Positions 38,913 to 49,955 of a stretch of 64,000 nucleotides of DNA are shown here, one piece after another. The stretch lies in the NCBI GenBank assembly GCA_963811635.1, contig CAWESB010000010.1, positions 18,901-82,900 on the forward strand, read 5' to 3'. The stretch comes from an uncultured Actinomycetes bacterium. Lineage in GTDB: Bacteria > Actinomycetota > Thermoleophilia > Gaiellales > Gaiellaceae. Position numbers and translations under genes: made by a program. Under the pieces are notes generated by a model, which saw only the letters and a program-made list of their open reading frames with translations, was not told the DNA's origin and ran no database searches. The stretch's first letter is position 1; each line of letters opens with the position of its first letter.

Positions 38913-39241
38913 GCGAAGAGGGGCAGGATGCCCGAGAATCCCGTGATGCCCGCCGTCCACGCGGCTTGCGCCAGGCTTGCCTAGGTGAGACGGTCGCCAA
39001 GAGGCCGGAGGCCGGAAGGCAGCTTGGCCGCAGGCTGCCCTCCATCCCCGTCCCCCGGCCTCACTTTCTTACCCGCACGTCTCGGCTCGAAACCGGGCCG
39101 CCCAGCCGGGAGCTACGCCTGGCAAAGTGCCACGCCGCCCGGTCGCGGCGACGATCGCGGCGACGTGCTGTGGAGGGGCCCAAGGGCTTAAGTTGGGAGA
39201 GCGAGGTGCTGATCCGGTGGAGATCTGGCGCTTCTCTACGC

Positions 39242-39595
39242 TCAGCTGCGTTCCTCCGAGCGCGGGTCCTGCTCGATTACCTCCTCGACTGCGACGATCT
39301 TCTCGACGAGCACGAAGCCCTCGTGCTTCTCAACGACGTTCTCGATCTCGGGCGTCTCGTGTCCGGGCACAACAAAGAACATGGTCGGGCGTGAGCGGGC
39401 GTGCTCGTACTCGTCCTTCCGGAGCTCGATCGACTCGATGCAGGCCGTGTCGCTGCACTCGCACAGATAGTCGGTCGACTTCTGCCAGGGGACGGCGTCC
39501 GACAGGTCGTCGAGACGCTCGTTGACCGAGCGGAAGAGGATCTCGTTCTTGGCTAGACGTTCCTCGGAGAGCGTCACTGTGACTCCCGTCTCCAC
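39242..39595 (-). CDS. Hypothetical protein (117 aa)
   Basis: Clean ORF with ATG start. It contains a CECSDTAC motif. No family recognised. Confidence 0.5.
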   Translation of the reverse strand: METGVTVTLSEERLAKNEILFRSVNERLDDLSDAVPWQKSTDYLCECSDTACIESIELRKDEYEHARSRPTMFFVVPGHETPEIENVVEKHEGFVLVEKIVAVEEVIEQDPRSEERS

Positions 39596-39889
39596 CCGAC
39601 ATTTCGCGCCGACGAACTCACTTCGCGCCGCTGCCTTACTGCGTTAGCAACGGAGCCGCCCTGGTAGGCGATTGCTCGGTCTTCGTTCTACCCTTGCTGG
39701 TTCCTCACAAACAGGCAGCCCTCGGATTTCCAACCGCTTCTAGAGAACGGCGAGCGAGGAAAGCCGCCTGTGTGGGTCTCAGGTTTACCGTCCTCGGCAG
39801 CGCGGTATGCACGGAGTCTTAGTCAATCTGGTCGACTCTGCGGCGCCCGCCCTGGGACGCCGCCAGGGAGGCCATGTACAGGAGGGGTC

Positions 39890-40261
39890 ATGGACAAAAC
39901 CACGCAGACCACTACCGACGTCTGGACGTACCGTGACGCGGGCACCCTTGGCGCCGACGTCGGCCGGGGGGTAGACCTGACTGGGTTCAGCGTCGAGGCT
40001 ACGGATGGCGGAATCGGAAAGATCGACGAGGCAACGTACGACACCTCGCAGAGCTTCATCGTTGTCGATACGGGGCCGTGGATCTTTGGCAAGAAGGTGA
40101 TGCTGCCGGCCGGCGTCATCCACAGGGTCGACCTCGACACCGAGACTGTCTACGTCAACCGGTCGAAGGACGAGATCAAGAACGCGCCCGAGTTTGACGA
40201 GAGCCGCTATCACGACGATGCCTACAGGGCTGAGCTGGGCGGCTACTACGGAGGCCTCTGA
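39890..40261 (+). CDS. PRC-barrel domain protein
   Basis: From the ATG at 39890 (GGAGGGG upstream) it reads ...LTGFSVEATDGGIGKIDEATYDTSQSFIVVDTGPWIFGKKVMLPAGVIHRVD. The track start at 39770 is less likely. Confidence 0.65.
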   Translation: MDKTTQTTTDVWTYRDAGTLGADVGRGVDLTGFSVEATDGGIGKIDEATYDTSQSFIVVDTGPWIFGKKVMLPAGVIHRVDLDTETVYVNRSKDEIKNAPEFDESRYHDDAYRAELGGYYGGL

Positions 40262-40440
40262 GACCGGCCTCCTCTTCCCCGAGCCGGAGCCTGATCCTCC
40301 GGCATAATAACCGCATCGGGGCGGGCCGTTTTGCGGCTTCGGCTCGCCCCGATGCTCTTGGCCTCCAGTCGCTGGTGAATGCCCCGGCCGAAGTCGCGGT
40401 GGCCGAAGGCCTGGGCTCGTGAAAAGAGAAGGGAGAATCG

Positions 40441-40509
40441 ATGTACATTGGTGGCGGAGTACTCGCTCTCATCCTGATCATCATCATCCTGATTCTGATC
40501 TTGAGATGA
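40441..40509 (+). CDS. 22-aa extremely hydrophobic peptide
   Basis: It reads MYIGGGVLALILIIIILILILR. SD GGGAG lies 6-7 nt upstream of the ATG. It is too short for the ORF track. Confidence 0.45.
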   Translation: MYIGGGVLALILIIIILILILR

Positions 40510-40610
40510 GAGACGCTTGGGCATTACCTCGTTCGGCGTCCAAGCTGACGGGACTTGACAGGACTCGCGGGTTCAACGAATAGGGGAGCCGCAAGCTTTC
40601 GTTGAAAGGG

Positions 40611-40643
40611 ACGGCCACGGCCCGTGCCGTGGCCGTTCTCTTC
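40611..40643 (+). terminator. Rho-independent terminator between the small peptide ORF and corA
   Basis: The perfect 11-bp stem ACGGCCACGGC-CCGT-GCCGTGGCCGT is followed by TCTCTTC. Confidence 0.55.
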
Positions 40644-40739
40644 GCTGGCAAGACGGAGCAAACCTTGCTCGGCCTGGGCGGCTGATTCGGCACCTGCTCC
40701 GCGACAGGGAAACGCAGTGGTCTCTGGAAAACAAGGTAG

Positions 40740-41705
40740 ATGCTCACAGCCTTCGTGTTCGACGCGCAGCAGTCCGAGCAAGTCGAGGATTGGAGGGCCG
40801 CGCTGGAGCGGCTCGATCGCGGACAGCTGCTGTGGCTCGCAATGCACGAGCCGACGGAGGAGGAAGTGGCGGCGCTGCAGGAGACGCTCGAGCTAGGCGA
40901 CAGGAACGCGCACCGGCTGCGCGAGCCACCGAGAAGCGCCTCCGTGGCCGACGAGGGCGAGCACATGCACGTGACGCTGTACGCCGTGAGCGGCGACGGG
41001 GATGCGCCTGCGCTCATTCCAGTCGAGTGTGTTCTCGGCCCGAACTGGATCGTCACCGCTTATCGTCAGAAGATCGAGGTGCTCGACGAGTTCTTCGAGC
41101 GCGCACAAGGGGGAGGTCAAATCGGCGCGCTCGACGCACCCTCGTTCGTCGCCACGATCCTCGACTGGATCGTCGCCAGCTACCTCCGCGCCTTGGATGC
41201 TGTCGAGAGCGAGCTGGAGGAGCTGGACGCGAAGGTCATGTCCAATACCCCCAAGGAGGCTGCTGACGACCTGACCCGGCTAGTCGAGCTCCGCCGCACG
41301 ATTGGGACGCTGCGACGGGCACTCTCCCCGCACCGCGAAGTGGTCGTTTCTCTGTCACACCCCGAACTCGATTCGCTCTCGAGCGAGGAATCAGCGCAGC
41401 GTTTCGCCGAGCTCGAGCGCCGCGTGACCCATGCGCTGGACGCCGCCCGCGAGGCGAAGGAGTCAACCTTCGGCTCATTTGATCTCCTCGTCACCCGAAT
41501 CGGACAACGGACAAACGACATCATGAAGGTGCTCACGCTGGTCACCGTGATCCTCCTGCCCGCAACCGTGCTCGGCGGCATCATGGGCATGAACTTCCAG
41601 GTCGGTCTCTTCGACCTAGCCTGGGTATTTTGGGTAGTGATCGCCGCGATGCTCGGCATCGCCGTGGTCGTGCTCTCGGTCGCCCGCGCCCGCGACTGGA
41701 TCTGA
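40740..41705 (+). CDS. corA: CorA-family magnesium/cobalt transporter
   Basis: 321 aa. It has two C-terminal TM segments with the GMNF signature (LGGIMGMNFQ). Confidence 0.9.
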   Translation: MLTAFVFDAQQSEQVEDWRAALERLDRGQLLWLAMHEPTEEEVAALQETLELGDRNAHRLREPPRSASVADEGEHMHVTLYAVSGDGDAPALIPVECVLGPNWIVTAYRQKIEVLDEFFERAQGGGQIGALDAPSFVATILDWIVASYLRALDAVESELEELDAKVMSNTPKEAADDLTRLVELRRTIGTLRRALSPHREVVVSLSHPELDSLSSEESAQRFAELERRVTHALDAAREAKESTFGSFDLLVTRIGQRTNDIMKVLTLVTVILLPATVLGGIMGMNFQVGLFDLAWVFWVVIAAMLGIAVVVLSVARARDWI

Positions 41706-41856
41706 GGCCGGGGCGCGGGCCGCAAGGTCACCAGTCTCGCGACGGGTTGACGAGCTGCGCAGGCTCGTCCGAGCGGCGGCCAGCGTTCGTCACCGCGGCG
41801 CCGTTCCTCGCTCCTTCAAGCCGCCCCGTTGGCTTCTTTAAGTCTCGCACTGCTCC

Positions 41857-42954
41857 GTGAAGTGGACGAAGCCGCTTTACTGGTTGCTCAAGGGGTCTGT
41901 CCTACTCGTGTCCGTCCGACTCTGGCGTCACCTGCCCTTCCGCAACGGCGGCGAGATCGCCGTGGATCTGGGGACCGCGAATACGGTCGTCTTCGTCCGT
42001 GGCCACGGAGTCGTCCTCTTCGAGCCGTCGGTCGTAGCTATCGACGAGATTTCCGGACGGGTGCTCGCGGTGGGGGCGGAGGCACGACGCATGATCGGTC
42101 GGACGCCGGCGACGATCCGAGCCATCCGTCCTCTTCGGCACGGTGTCATCGCGGACTTCGACGTGACCGAGCAAATGCTCCGGCACTTCATCCGCAGGGC
42201 GATCGGCGGCCGTTTCACTCACCCGCGGGTGGTGCTGTGCGTGCCGAGCGGTATCACTGAAGTCGAGCGGCGCGCGGTTGAGGAGGCGACGCTTGCGGCG
42301 GGCGGGCGCGAAGCCTGCTTGATCGAGGAGCCGATGGCGGCAGCAATCGGCGCGGACCTCCCGGTCGCCGAGGCCGCGGCGAGCATGGTGGTCGACATCG
42401 GCGGGGGCACCAGCGAGGTGGCCGTCATCTCGCTCGGAGGCATGGTCGTCTGGAATTCGGTCCGGGTCGGCGGCTACGAGATGGACGACGCGATTGTCGA
42501 CCACGCCCGGAAGGAGCATGGTCTCCTCATCGGACAGGAGCGTGCCGAAGAGGTGAAGATCGAGATCGGCGCTGCGTGCGAATCGGCCGAAGCGGGCCAT
42601 GCACAGATCGCCGGACGCGACCAGCTGACGGGCCTGCTCAAACGGGTCGTCCTACAGTCAGACGAAGTACACCGTGCGCTCGACGGCCCAGTTACCCGCA
42701 TCGTCGATGCAGTGAAGGAGACGCTCGAGCGAACGCCGCCACAACTCGCCGCCGACGTGGTCGAACGGGGGATCACCCTCGCGGGCGGCGGGGCGCTCGT
42801 ACGTCAGATGGACGAGCGCCTTCGCTCGGAGACGGGTGTTCAGGTTGCCATCGTCGATTCCCCGCTCACCTGCGTCGCCCTCGGCGCCGGACGGAGCCTC
42901 GACGACTTCGAGGCGATGGCCCGCTCGGCTCGCGCCGGCAAGAGAAGACGCTGA
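41857..42954 (+). CDS. mreB: Rod-shape-determining actin homologue MreB (start ambiguous: 41857 or GTG at 41908)
   Basis: It reads IAVDLGTANTVVF...IRPLRHGVIADFD...VVDIGGGTSEVAVISLGG...GITLAGGGAL. Confidence 0.9.
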   Translation: MKWTKPLYWLLKGSVLLVSVRLWRHLPFRNGGEIAVDLGTANTVVFVRGHGVVLFEPSVVAIDEISGRVLAVGAEARRMIGRTPATIRAIRPLRHGVIADFDVTEQMLRHFIRRAIGGRFTHPRVVLCVPSGITEVERRAVEEATLAAGGREACLIEEPMAAAIGADLPVAEAAASMVVDIGGGTSEVAVISLGGMVVWNSVRVGGYEMDDAIVDHARKEHGLLIGQERAEEVKIEIGAACESAEAGHAQIAGRDQLTGLLKRVVLQSDEVHRALDGPVTRIVDAVKETLERTPPQLAADVVERGITLAGGGALVRQMDERLRSETGVQVAIVDSPLTCVALGAGRSLDDFEAMARSARAGKRRR

Positions 42955-43325
42955 CGCTCGGGCCGGCTCCAACCTCTTGGCCAGATGAGACGGTCCTGAA
43001 CTGCGAAAAGCCAGAGCCGGGGGATCAACGACTGCATCGCTCGGACGCGGAGGCGGCTCCCTTGGGATTCGACACCGTCGGCCATCTGAGACTCGAAGTC
43101 CGCAGCGATGCCCTCGATCTTCTCGGCGGCGGCTACCCAGGAGGGCGTTGGACGCGGGCTCGAGCGGGCGAGGGAGGCGTTGATGAGGTGGGCTCGTCAG
43201 TGGTCGAGCTCGAAGCCGGGACACCGCCGGGCCTGAATGGCCGCGCAAGTCTCGCTGCGCAATTACATGAAAAGGAGGAGCACGTAAGCGGACACCGTCA
43301 GGCCGTCTCATGTCGCGCTTCCGCT

Positions 43326-44208
43326 TTAGCTTTGGTCGGTCGCGCGCGCCGCCTCAGCGAGGTCGAGGGTGGCCGCCCAGCTGCCGAGGAGCTTGAGCGC
43401 CTCCTCGGAGCGCGAACCGGGCTCGGCGGCGTAGGTGAAGATCGTCAGCCCGTGGTCTGCGGCGAGGTCCAGCCGGTTGAAGCTCAGGCTGAGCTCGCCG
43501 ACCACGGGATGGTGGAAGTGCTTGACGCCGGTGTTGTGGAAGCGCACGTCGTGCGCGGCCCAGCGGGTGCGGAACGCCTCGCTGTGTGTTGCGAGCTCGC
43601 CGACGAGATCTGAGAGGTCGCGGTCGTCCGGGTCACGGCCCGCGGCCCAGCGCAGGATCGCGACGCACTCGCCGGCAACGCGCTCCCAGTCGCCGTAGAA
43701 CGTCTCGGCTCGCGGATCGAGGAACACGAACCGGGCGTTGTTGACCGGCCGCGCGGGCGCGGCGTACAGCTCGGAGAACAGCGCGCGCCCGAGCTGGTTG
43801 GCGGCCAGGATGTCGAGACGCTGGTTGCCGACGAACGCGGCGGCGCCGGTGATCGCGTCGAGGGTCCACTGGACCTCGGGCCGGACGCGCTGCTTGGCCC
43901 GGCGGCGACGAGGCCGCGCTACCGTCGGCTGTGCGGCGCGGGCGAGGTCGAAGAGGTGGGCGCGCTCGGCGTCGTCGAGCTCGAGCGCCCGGGCCAGTGC
44001 CTCCAGCACGCTCTGCGGAGACCCCGCTCATGTCTCCGCGCTCCAGGCGCGTGTAGTACGGAACGCTCACGCCGGCCAGGACGGCGACCTCCTCGCGGCG
44101 GAGCCCGGGAACGCGGCGACTGCCGTAGGAGCGCAACCCCGCCTGCTCAGGCGTGATCCGGGCGCGGCGGGAGGTGAGGAACTCGCGGATCTCCTTCTTC
44201 GTGTCCAC
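43326..44208 (-). pseudogene. MmyB-like / XRE-family helix-turn-helix regulator, frameshift near 44010-44020
   Basis: The N-terminal HTH frame is [25 protein letters not shown]...[22 protein letters not shown]. The MmyB-like C-terminal domain lies in ORF 43326-44009 (...[19 protein letters not shown]...). Confidence 0.75.
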
Positions 44209-44358
44209 GCGATCCAGCGTAGACCCGGCTGTGCGCTCCTGGGGGACCCTGCCAGTAGCCCTATCAACAGGGACTCTCACGTCCCGCGATCCGTGCTTTC
44301 TTGGACGCAGCAAGAGGCCGCGACCACAGCGCCTCGCGATCCGACAGGAAGGCTTGTC

Positions 44359-45338
<980 letters not shown>

Positions 45339-45473
45339 CGGCCTGGACCCGCCGCTAATCCGGGGGCTACTGCCCCCCTCGACGCGAGGCCGTTCCTCGT
45401 TGGGGACGTCGCCGGGAGGAGAGCGAGCCAAAGGGAACGCCGGGGCGCGGGCCGCAAGGGACTCCCCTAGGAC

Positions 45474-46163
45474 TCAGGGTTGCCCGCGTCGGCCCTCGAT
45501 CGCTCTCAGACCGCCAGCGATGCCGATGAGCAGGGTCACCGCTACCAGCCCGAGCAAGGCCCACGCAAACGGACTCGTCTCCGAGTCCTCGTTGAACAGG
45601 GCAGAGTAAGCGGAGGGTGGCTGCGAGGCGTCCTCGCCGGACGCTCCCGCTCCGAGGACTTCTCCAGCGAGGCGGTCTGCATCCCCGCCCGAGCTCTCAG
45701 ACCGCGACGTCGCGAGAACGGAACTCAACTCGTCGCTCGCCGTACGAGGAGCGCCGTCCTGGTCGGGGCACTTGTCGTAGTCCCCCGCGACCGGGTATCC
45801 GCTTGCTCGCGCTGCGCATGGGCAAGAGTCCGCGCCCCCGCCCCCCGAGCCGCCGCCGCCCGAGCCGCCGACCGAGGCCGGGCCGCCCGAGCCGCCCAAG
45901 CCGCCACCGCCCGAATCGGCCGAGCCGCCGTCGCCCGAGCCGCCCGAGGCGGAGCCGTCGTTGATGCTCGGCGTCTCGACCGGAGAATCCGGATCGCTGG
46001 CGCCTCCGTCCTCGCCAGGGAGTTCGGGCAGCTCTACGCCCGGAACCTCCAGATCGGGCAGCTGAACGTCCGGAAGAGGAACCTGCGGAAGCTGTGCTTC
46101 GGCTGGTGTTGTGCCTACTACTGACAGGCCCGCCGCAACAATCAAGAACGCAATCCGTCGCAT
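45474..46163 (-). CDS. Secreted Gly/Ser/Asp-rich protein with a C-terminal TM segment and basic tail
   Basis: From [23 protein letters not shown] (signal). It has GGSGG-type low-complexity sequence. The C-terminus is [33 protein letters not shown]. Confidence 0.6.
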   Translation of the reverse strand: MRRIAFLIVAAGLSVVGTTPAEAQLPQVPLPDVQLPDLEVPGVELPELPGEDGGASDPDSPVETPSINDGSASGGSGDGGSADSGGGGLGGSGGPASVGGSGGGGSGGGGADSCPCAARASGYPVAGDYDKCPDQDGAPRTASDELSSVLATSRSESSGGDADRLAGEVLGAGASGEDASQPPSAYSALFNEDSETSPFAWALLGLVAVTLLIGIAGGLRAIEGRRGQP

Positions 46164-46519
46164 ACCGCCCTCCGAATCAGTTTCGAGGTTTGCCTCTCGG
46201 CTCTCCCTAGAAGAACGGCGAGCCCGCCAAAACTTGCGGGCAAGGGGCAAGGGGGCAAGGACGGGCACGTCGTAATCCTCAAGCGGGCCGCTTCACGACA
46301 TGCCGGAAACGAATAGCTAGGCGCGCAGACTTCACCGGCGGGACGCAGTCCCCCGGTGGCCGCATGCGGTGGGCGTGGCGCACCCTAGCCGCGTCGGCGC
46401 CAACCCGCGTGCCCGAGGGGAGAGGTCGTCGGGGGCGGCGACCCGCTGTGACCGTGGGGGCTACGTGCACCGAGGAGTCCCGCCTCAGTCGTCCGCGTTC
46501 GTGCGGAAGCGGGGTGAAC

Positions 46520-47023
46520 TCATTGCAGCTTGGCTCGCACGACGTAGCGGTACGCGGCCGACCCTGCAGGGTGGCACGCAGCCAGCAGGAGAACGTCGCC
46601 GTCGAGCCTGGGACGAAACGCCGACCAGGCGTTCGCCCGGACGACCTTGTGGCCGCGCACGCGGTAGACGTAGCGGCCATAGGGCATCCGCACGATGATG
46701 CGAGCGCCGCGGTGGAGCAGGTCGATGTCGTGGAACGGGCCATGGGGCAGCCCGAGGGTCGGGGTCATGTTGTGCCCGAAGAAGGCGATCGTGCCGCCCA
46801 TCCCCGGGCCGTAGGTGCTTGGCAGGTGGCCCACCGCGCGATCGAGAACACGCGTTCCCGGGCCTCGGGCCGGCAGTTGCCGGATGGGAGCGTCGACGTC
46901 GATCGCCGGGATGGCGATCGTGCCGTACTTCGCGCCCGTGGCCGGTGGCGTCACCTCGATCGGAGGTGGAGCCATGACGGGAGCGACCGTGAAGGTCACC
47001 CCCGCCATGAGCTCAGCGAGCAT
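46520..47023 (-). CDS. Sortase-family transpeptidase-like protein
   Basis: 167 aa. It has a short N-terminal hydrophobic segment. The candidate catalytic triad contexts are FFGHN (His), LLLAACHP (Cys) and YRYVVRA (Arg). Confidence 0.65.
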   Translation of the reverse strand: MLAELMAGVTFTVAPVMAPPPIEVTPPATGAKYGTIAIPAIDVDAPIRQLPARGPGTRVLDRAVGHLPSTYGPGMGGTIAFFGHNMTPTLGLPHGPFHDIDLLHRGARIIVRMPYGRYVYRVRGHKVVRANAWSAFRPRLDGDVLLLAACHPAGSAAYRYVVRAKLQ

Positions 47024-47027
47024 CCGA

Positions 47028-47921
47028 CTAGTGCGTGAACGGCAGCGTGCTGCCGGTCGGCGCGTCGGAGGTGGTGGCCGCCTTGACCTGCGGGCCGGAG
47101 GTCGAGGAGCTCCCGATACCGCCGGAGGTCAGGGCCGGATTCTCGCCCGATCCCGGATCAGCGGGGTCGGTCGGATCGTCGGGATCCTCTTCGCAGCTGG
47201 ACGGGTCGAACGAGTCGAAAGTGATCTCCCACTCGTCGTCGCCCATGAGCTCGAAGCCCGCCTTGGCGGAGGCCGTGACGCTGACCGTCGAGCCGGGGGC
47301 GACGTCGCCCTCGATCGAGTAGTCAACCTCGTCCTCGTTGCCGAGGAGGAGCCCGATCTCGCCTGCGTTCTCGCAGGACGGCTGCAGAGGCTCGACCGAG
47401 GCCGAAGTCTCCACGAGCTCCTCGCCGGGGCAGTCCACGGCGGGGTGGTCGAGCGCGAACTTGAACTCCTGGTGCGTGACCGCGTCGTAGTGCTCGGTCT
47501 GCTCTTCCGCGTAGGAGTGGAAGAACCAGGAGGCGTTGTTCCCGCCCTTGGACGATGCGTCGAACACGGTGTTCGGCGCGTAGTCGGGCTTGTTCTCGAG
47601 CCCGTTGTGATCGCCGTTGTCGGTGTTCCAACCGGCAGCGGACGGAGGCGGCGGAGGCGAGCCCTGGTTGGAGCCGTTCCAGTGATACCACTGATCGACG
47701 CCTTCCTGGACGACCTCGTCATAGGCCTCCTCGTCGACGACTGTCTTCTCGTCGACCTGGTACCAGTCGGCGCCCGGTGACTCGAGCACCCAGCCGGTGG
47801 TTTCCGTCCAGGCGTCCTGCGGCTCGCAGGGCTCCCCGTAGGACGTACCGGCTGTGCCGGTTGTGGCGACGACGCCGACCATGACGATCAGCGCTGCCGC
47901 GATGGACAGGTACTTCTTCAT
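47028..47921 (-). CDS. Secreted acidic protein ending in ...STLPFTH
   Basis: From MKKYLSIAAALIVMVGVVATTGTAG (signal). The C-terminal region is Asp/Pro-rich. The stop lies 4 nt before the sortase-like gene start. Confidence 0.6.
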   Translation of the reverse strand: MKKYLSIAAALIVMVGVVATTGTAGTSYGEPCEPQDAWTETTGWVLESPGADWYQVDEKTVVDEEAYDEVVQEGVDQWYHWNGSNQGSPPPPPSAAGWNTDNGDHNGLENKPDYAPNTVFDASSKGGNNASWFFHSYAEEQTEHYDAVTHQEFKFALDHPAVDCPGEELVETSASVEPLQPSCENAGEIGLLLGNEDEVDYSIEGDVAPGSTVSVTASAKAGFELMGDDEWEITFDSFDPSSCEEDPDDPTDPADPGSGENPALTSGGIGSSSTSGPQVKAATTSDAPTGSTLPFTH

Positions 47922-48238
47922 TTGTTCCCCTCGTTGTCGGAACGGCGTACCCGCTCCGCGCTCGGCTCCGGATGAAGGAACCGAGCGCGCAGCGGGCGCT
48001 GCGCGGAGAACCCTTAGCCCGCGGTCTCTCCCCTCTGGCACGTCCTCGGCACGCGATGCCGAGATCAGTGCAAGACGACCGGGCCCTCTCGCCGATCATC
48101 CCCTCGCTGTTCTCATCGGCCCGGCCGGGTGAAACCTTCATTGAGATGCTGTTAAGGCACGCGCTGGAAGCGGGCTCGGGAACACCCGCCTATATGGGGA
48201 AGCCCGGCCGGCCCAGGCCGTCGCCTTAGGATCCCGGA

Positions 48239-48511
48239 GTGTTCATCGAAACGATCGTTCTGCCACGCCGGGAATTGGAGCGCTGGCACGAACGCCTTCG
48301 ACTCGTGGACGACCCACCCAAGGCACTGATCGCCTCGATCGCCTGGGATTCGGGTGACGGAGAGGTCACAGGCGTCAACGTCTGGGAGACGCCGAGTGCC
48401 ATTGCCGACTTCTTCATGGAGCGAGTTAAGCCGTTCGTGGAGGCCGAGGGCGAGCCACCCAACAAGCCCCAGCGACATGGCGAGCCGCTCGCGTTCTATC
48501 TTCGCCCCTAG
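48239..48511 (+). CDS. Hypothetical small protein (90 aa)
   Basis: Clean ORF with high GC3. No motif recognised. Confidence 0.45.
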   Translation: MFIETIVLPRRELERWHERLRLVDDPPKALIASIAWDSGDGEVTGVNVWETPSAIADFFMERVKPFVEAEGEPPNKPQRHGEPLAFYLRP

Positions 48512-48592
48512 TCGATCTGAGACGGGTCGACCGAGCTGACTCGGCCTTCCGCCTTCCGCGCGTTCTGTTGCTTGTGGAAGCGCGGTGGTCGA

Positions 48593-49030
48593 CTACGGCG
48601 CCCACTCGTAAAGCGCGTCCGGCTCGCGCTCTTCGTTGTCACTCCCGTCCGTCACCCGCGTGAGAGCGAAGCCGTGCCTCTCGTAGAAGCGACGAGCGCG
48701 CACGTTTCTTTGAAAGACCCACAGCCGAAGCCCACGCGGACGGCGCTGCTTCGATAGGCCCAGCAGTCCCGTTCCGACGCCACGATTCTGGTCATGCGGG
48801 TGAACGTAGAGATGCTCGAGAAGCTCATCCTTGAGCGCGGCGAAACCGACCACGCGACCGTCATCGTCGGCGATCCAAACCTCGAGCTCCCGAAGGACGA
48901 CAGTGCGGATCCACTGCCGCGTTTCGTTCTCCGTGTGGATCTCCGGGAGATACGTCATCTCGGCCATCGCGGCGAGAAAGACGTTCGCGACGGCCTCCGC
49001 GTCGGAGACAACAGCGCGCCGGATGCGCAT
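48593..49030 (-). CDS. GNAT-family N-acetyltransferase
   Basis: 145 aa. The acetyl-CoA binding motif is HDQNRGVGTGLL...FYERHGF. Confidence 0.85.
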   Translation of the reverse strand: MRIRRAVVSDAEAVANVFLAAMAEMTYLPEIHTENETRQWIRTVVLRELEVWIADDDGRVVGFAALKDELLEHLYVHPHDQNRGVGTGLLGLSKQRRPRGLRLWVFQRNVRARRFYERHGFALTRVTDGSDNEEREPDALYEWAP

Positions 49031-49262
49031 ACGTACTTCGTACCAGACCGGATCGGGAAAGCGCCGGGCGCGGGCCGCGAGGTGACCCTACGACTACCCT
49101 GCCCGCGCCCAGGCGAGCCCGAGGCTCCGGTTCGGGCGGTCTCACTGCCTGGATGGCTGTTCGCGACGCTCTGTCTGTCGCGCTCCTGGCAATCCGCGAC
49201 ACAGGCTGGAGGGCCACCTTCAGTGGCCCTCCAGAAAGGTCAGATTGGGAGTGTCGACCGAG

Positions 49263-49811
49263 CTACGTCAGCGCCGGGATAACCACCTCGCAGAAGAGCG
49301 CGAAGTCGCTGTCCAGGTCGGGGTGCGGCCCTTTGTTGACTGTCACCTCTGAGGAGATGAACTCCCCCGTCTCCAGGTCGAACGTATCCGCGAACGTGAC
49401 GAAGCCCGCGTCGCGGAGAAGCACAGGGCCGTTTTTCGTCTGGATCTTCTCCGGGAGGCCCTTGAAGGACGTGAGGAAGGTGATCGTGCCCGCCTCCTCG
49501 TCCACGATCGGAGCCGGCCCGCTGACCAGTCCTGCGGACGAGATGACGATCGACTTGCCGGTCGCCGGATTCGTGACCGTCGACCGGAAAGAGCTCCTGT
49601 CCATGAAGCTCTCGTCCGCGTAGAGGCTGAAGTTATCCGTGACGACGATTACGACGTCGACGGGTATTCCACAGATCTCGTCCGAGAAGCTGTCCGTGAA
49701 GTGGTCGTGGAACTGTTCGATCGGTTTCGCCCCGAGCGCGCTAGCGGGCAGGACAGCGAGCGCCGTGACGACAGCCACGAGAAGCGCACGTGCCAAAGTA
49801 CGTCGGCCCAT
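49263..49811 (-). CDS. Secreted hypothetical protein
   Basis: It starts MGRRTLARALLVAVVTALAVLPASALGA (signal). No family recognised. Confidence 0.5.
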   Translation of the reverse strand: MGRRTLARALLVAVVTALAVLPASALGAKPIEQFHDHFTDSFSDEICGIPVDVVIVVTDNFSLYADESFMDRSSFRSTVTNPATGKSIVISSAGLVSGPAPIVDEEAGTITFLTSFKGLPEKIQTKNGPVLLRDAGFVTFADTFDLETGEFISSEVTVNKGPHPDLDSDFALFCEVVIPALT

Positions 49812-49955
49812 ATGAGCCCTCCTTCCCCTCGCTGAGCGAGGAAGCCGCCAAAGAGGCAACCGACACTAAGTTTCGGGAAAGCCAGAGTCAAGGTCAGCGT
49901 CAGCCGACTAACGGGTCGAGTCCGTGGACGACTCTCAGAGCTAAGCGGCCGAAGA

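Noticed and set aside
40510-40739. M-box Mg2+ riboswitch upstream of corA
   Set aside because: No M-box-like conserved segments were recognised. The region is better explained by a simple terminator hairpin and a short leader.
42955-43325. Possible small gene(s) between mreB and the MmyB-like regulator (a minus-strand fragment reading WVAAAEKIEGIAADFESQMADGVESQG)
   Set aside because: Only a short plausible stretch exists. The frames break quickly into Arg/Pro-rich sequence, and I could define neither a start nor a family.
47028-47050. C-terminal LPFTH as a bona fide sortase sorting signal
   Set aside because: There is no Gly after Thr and no hydrophobic segment or basic tail. Alternative frames give only a 7-residue hydrophobic stretch. 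I kept it only as an oddity within the sortase finding.
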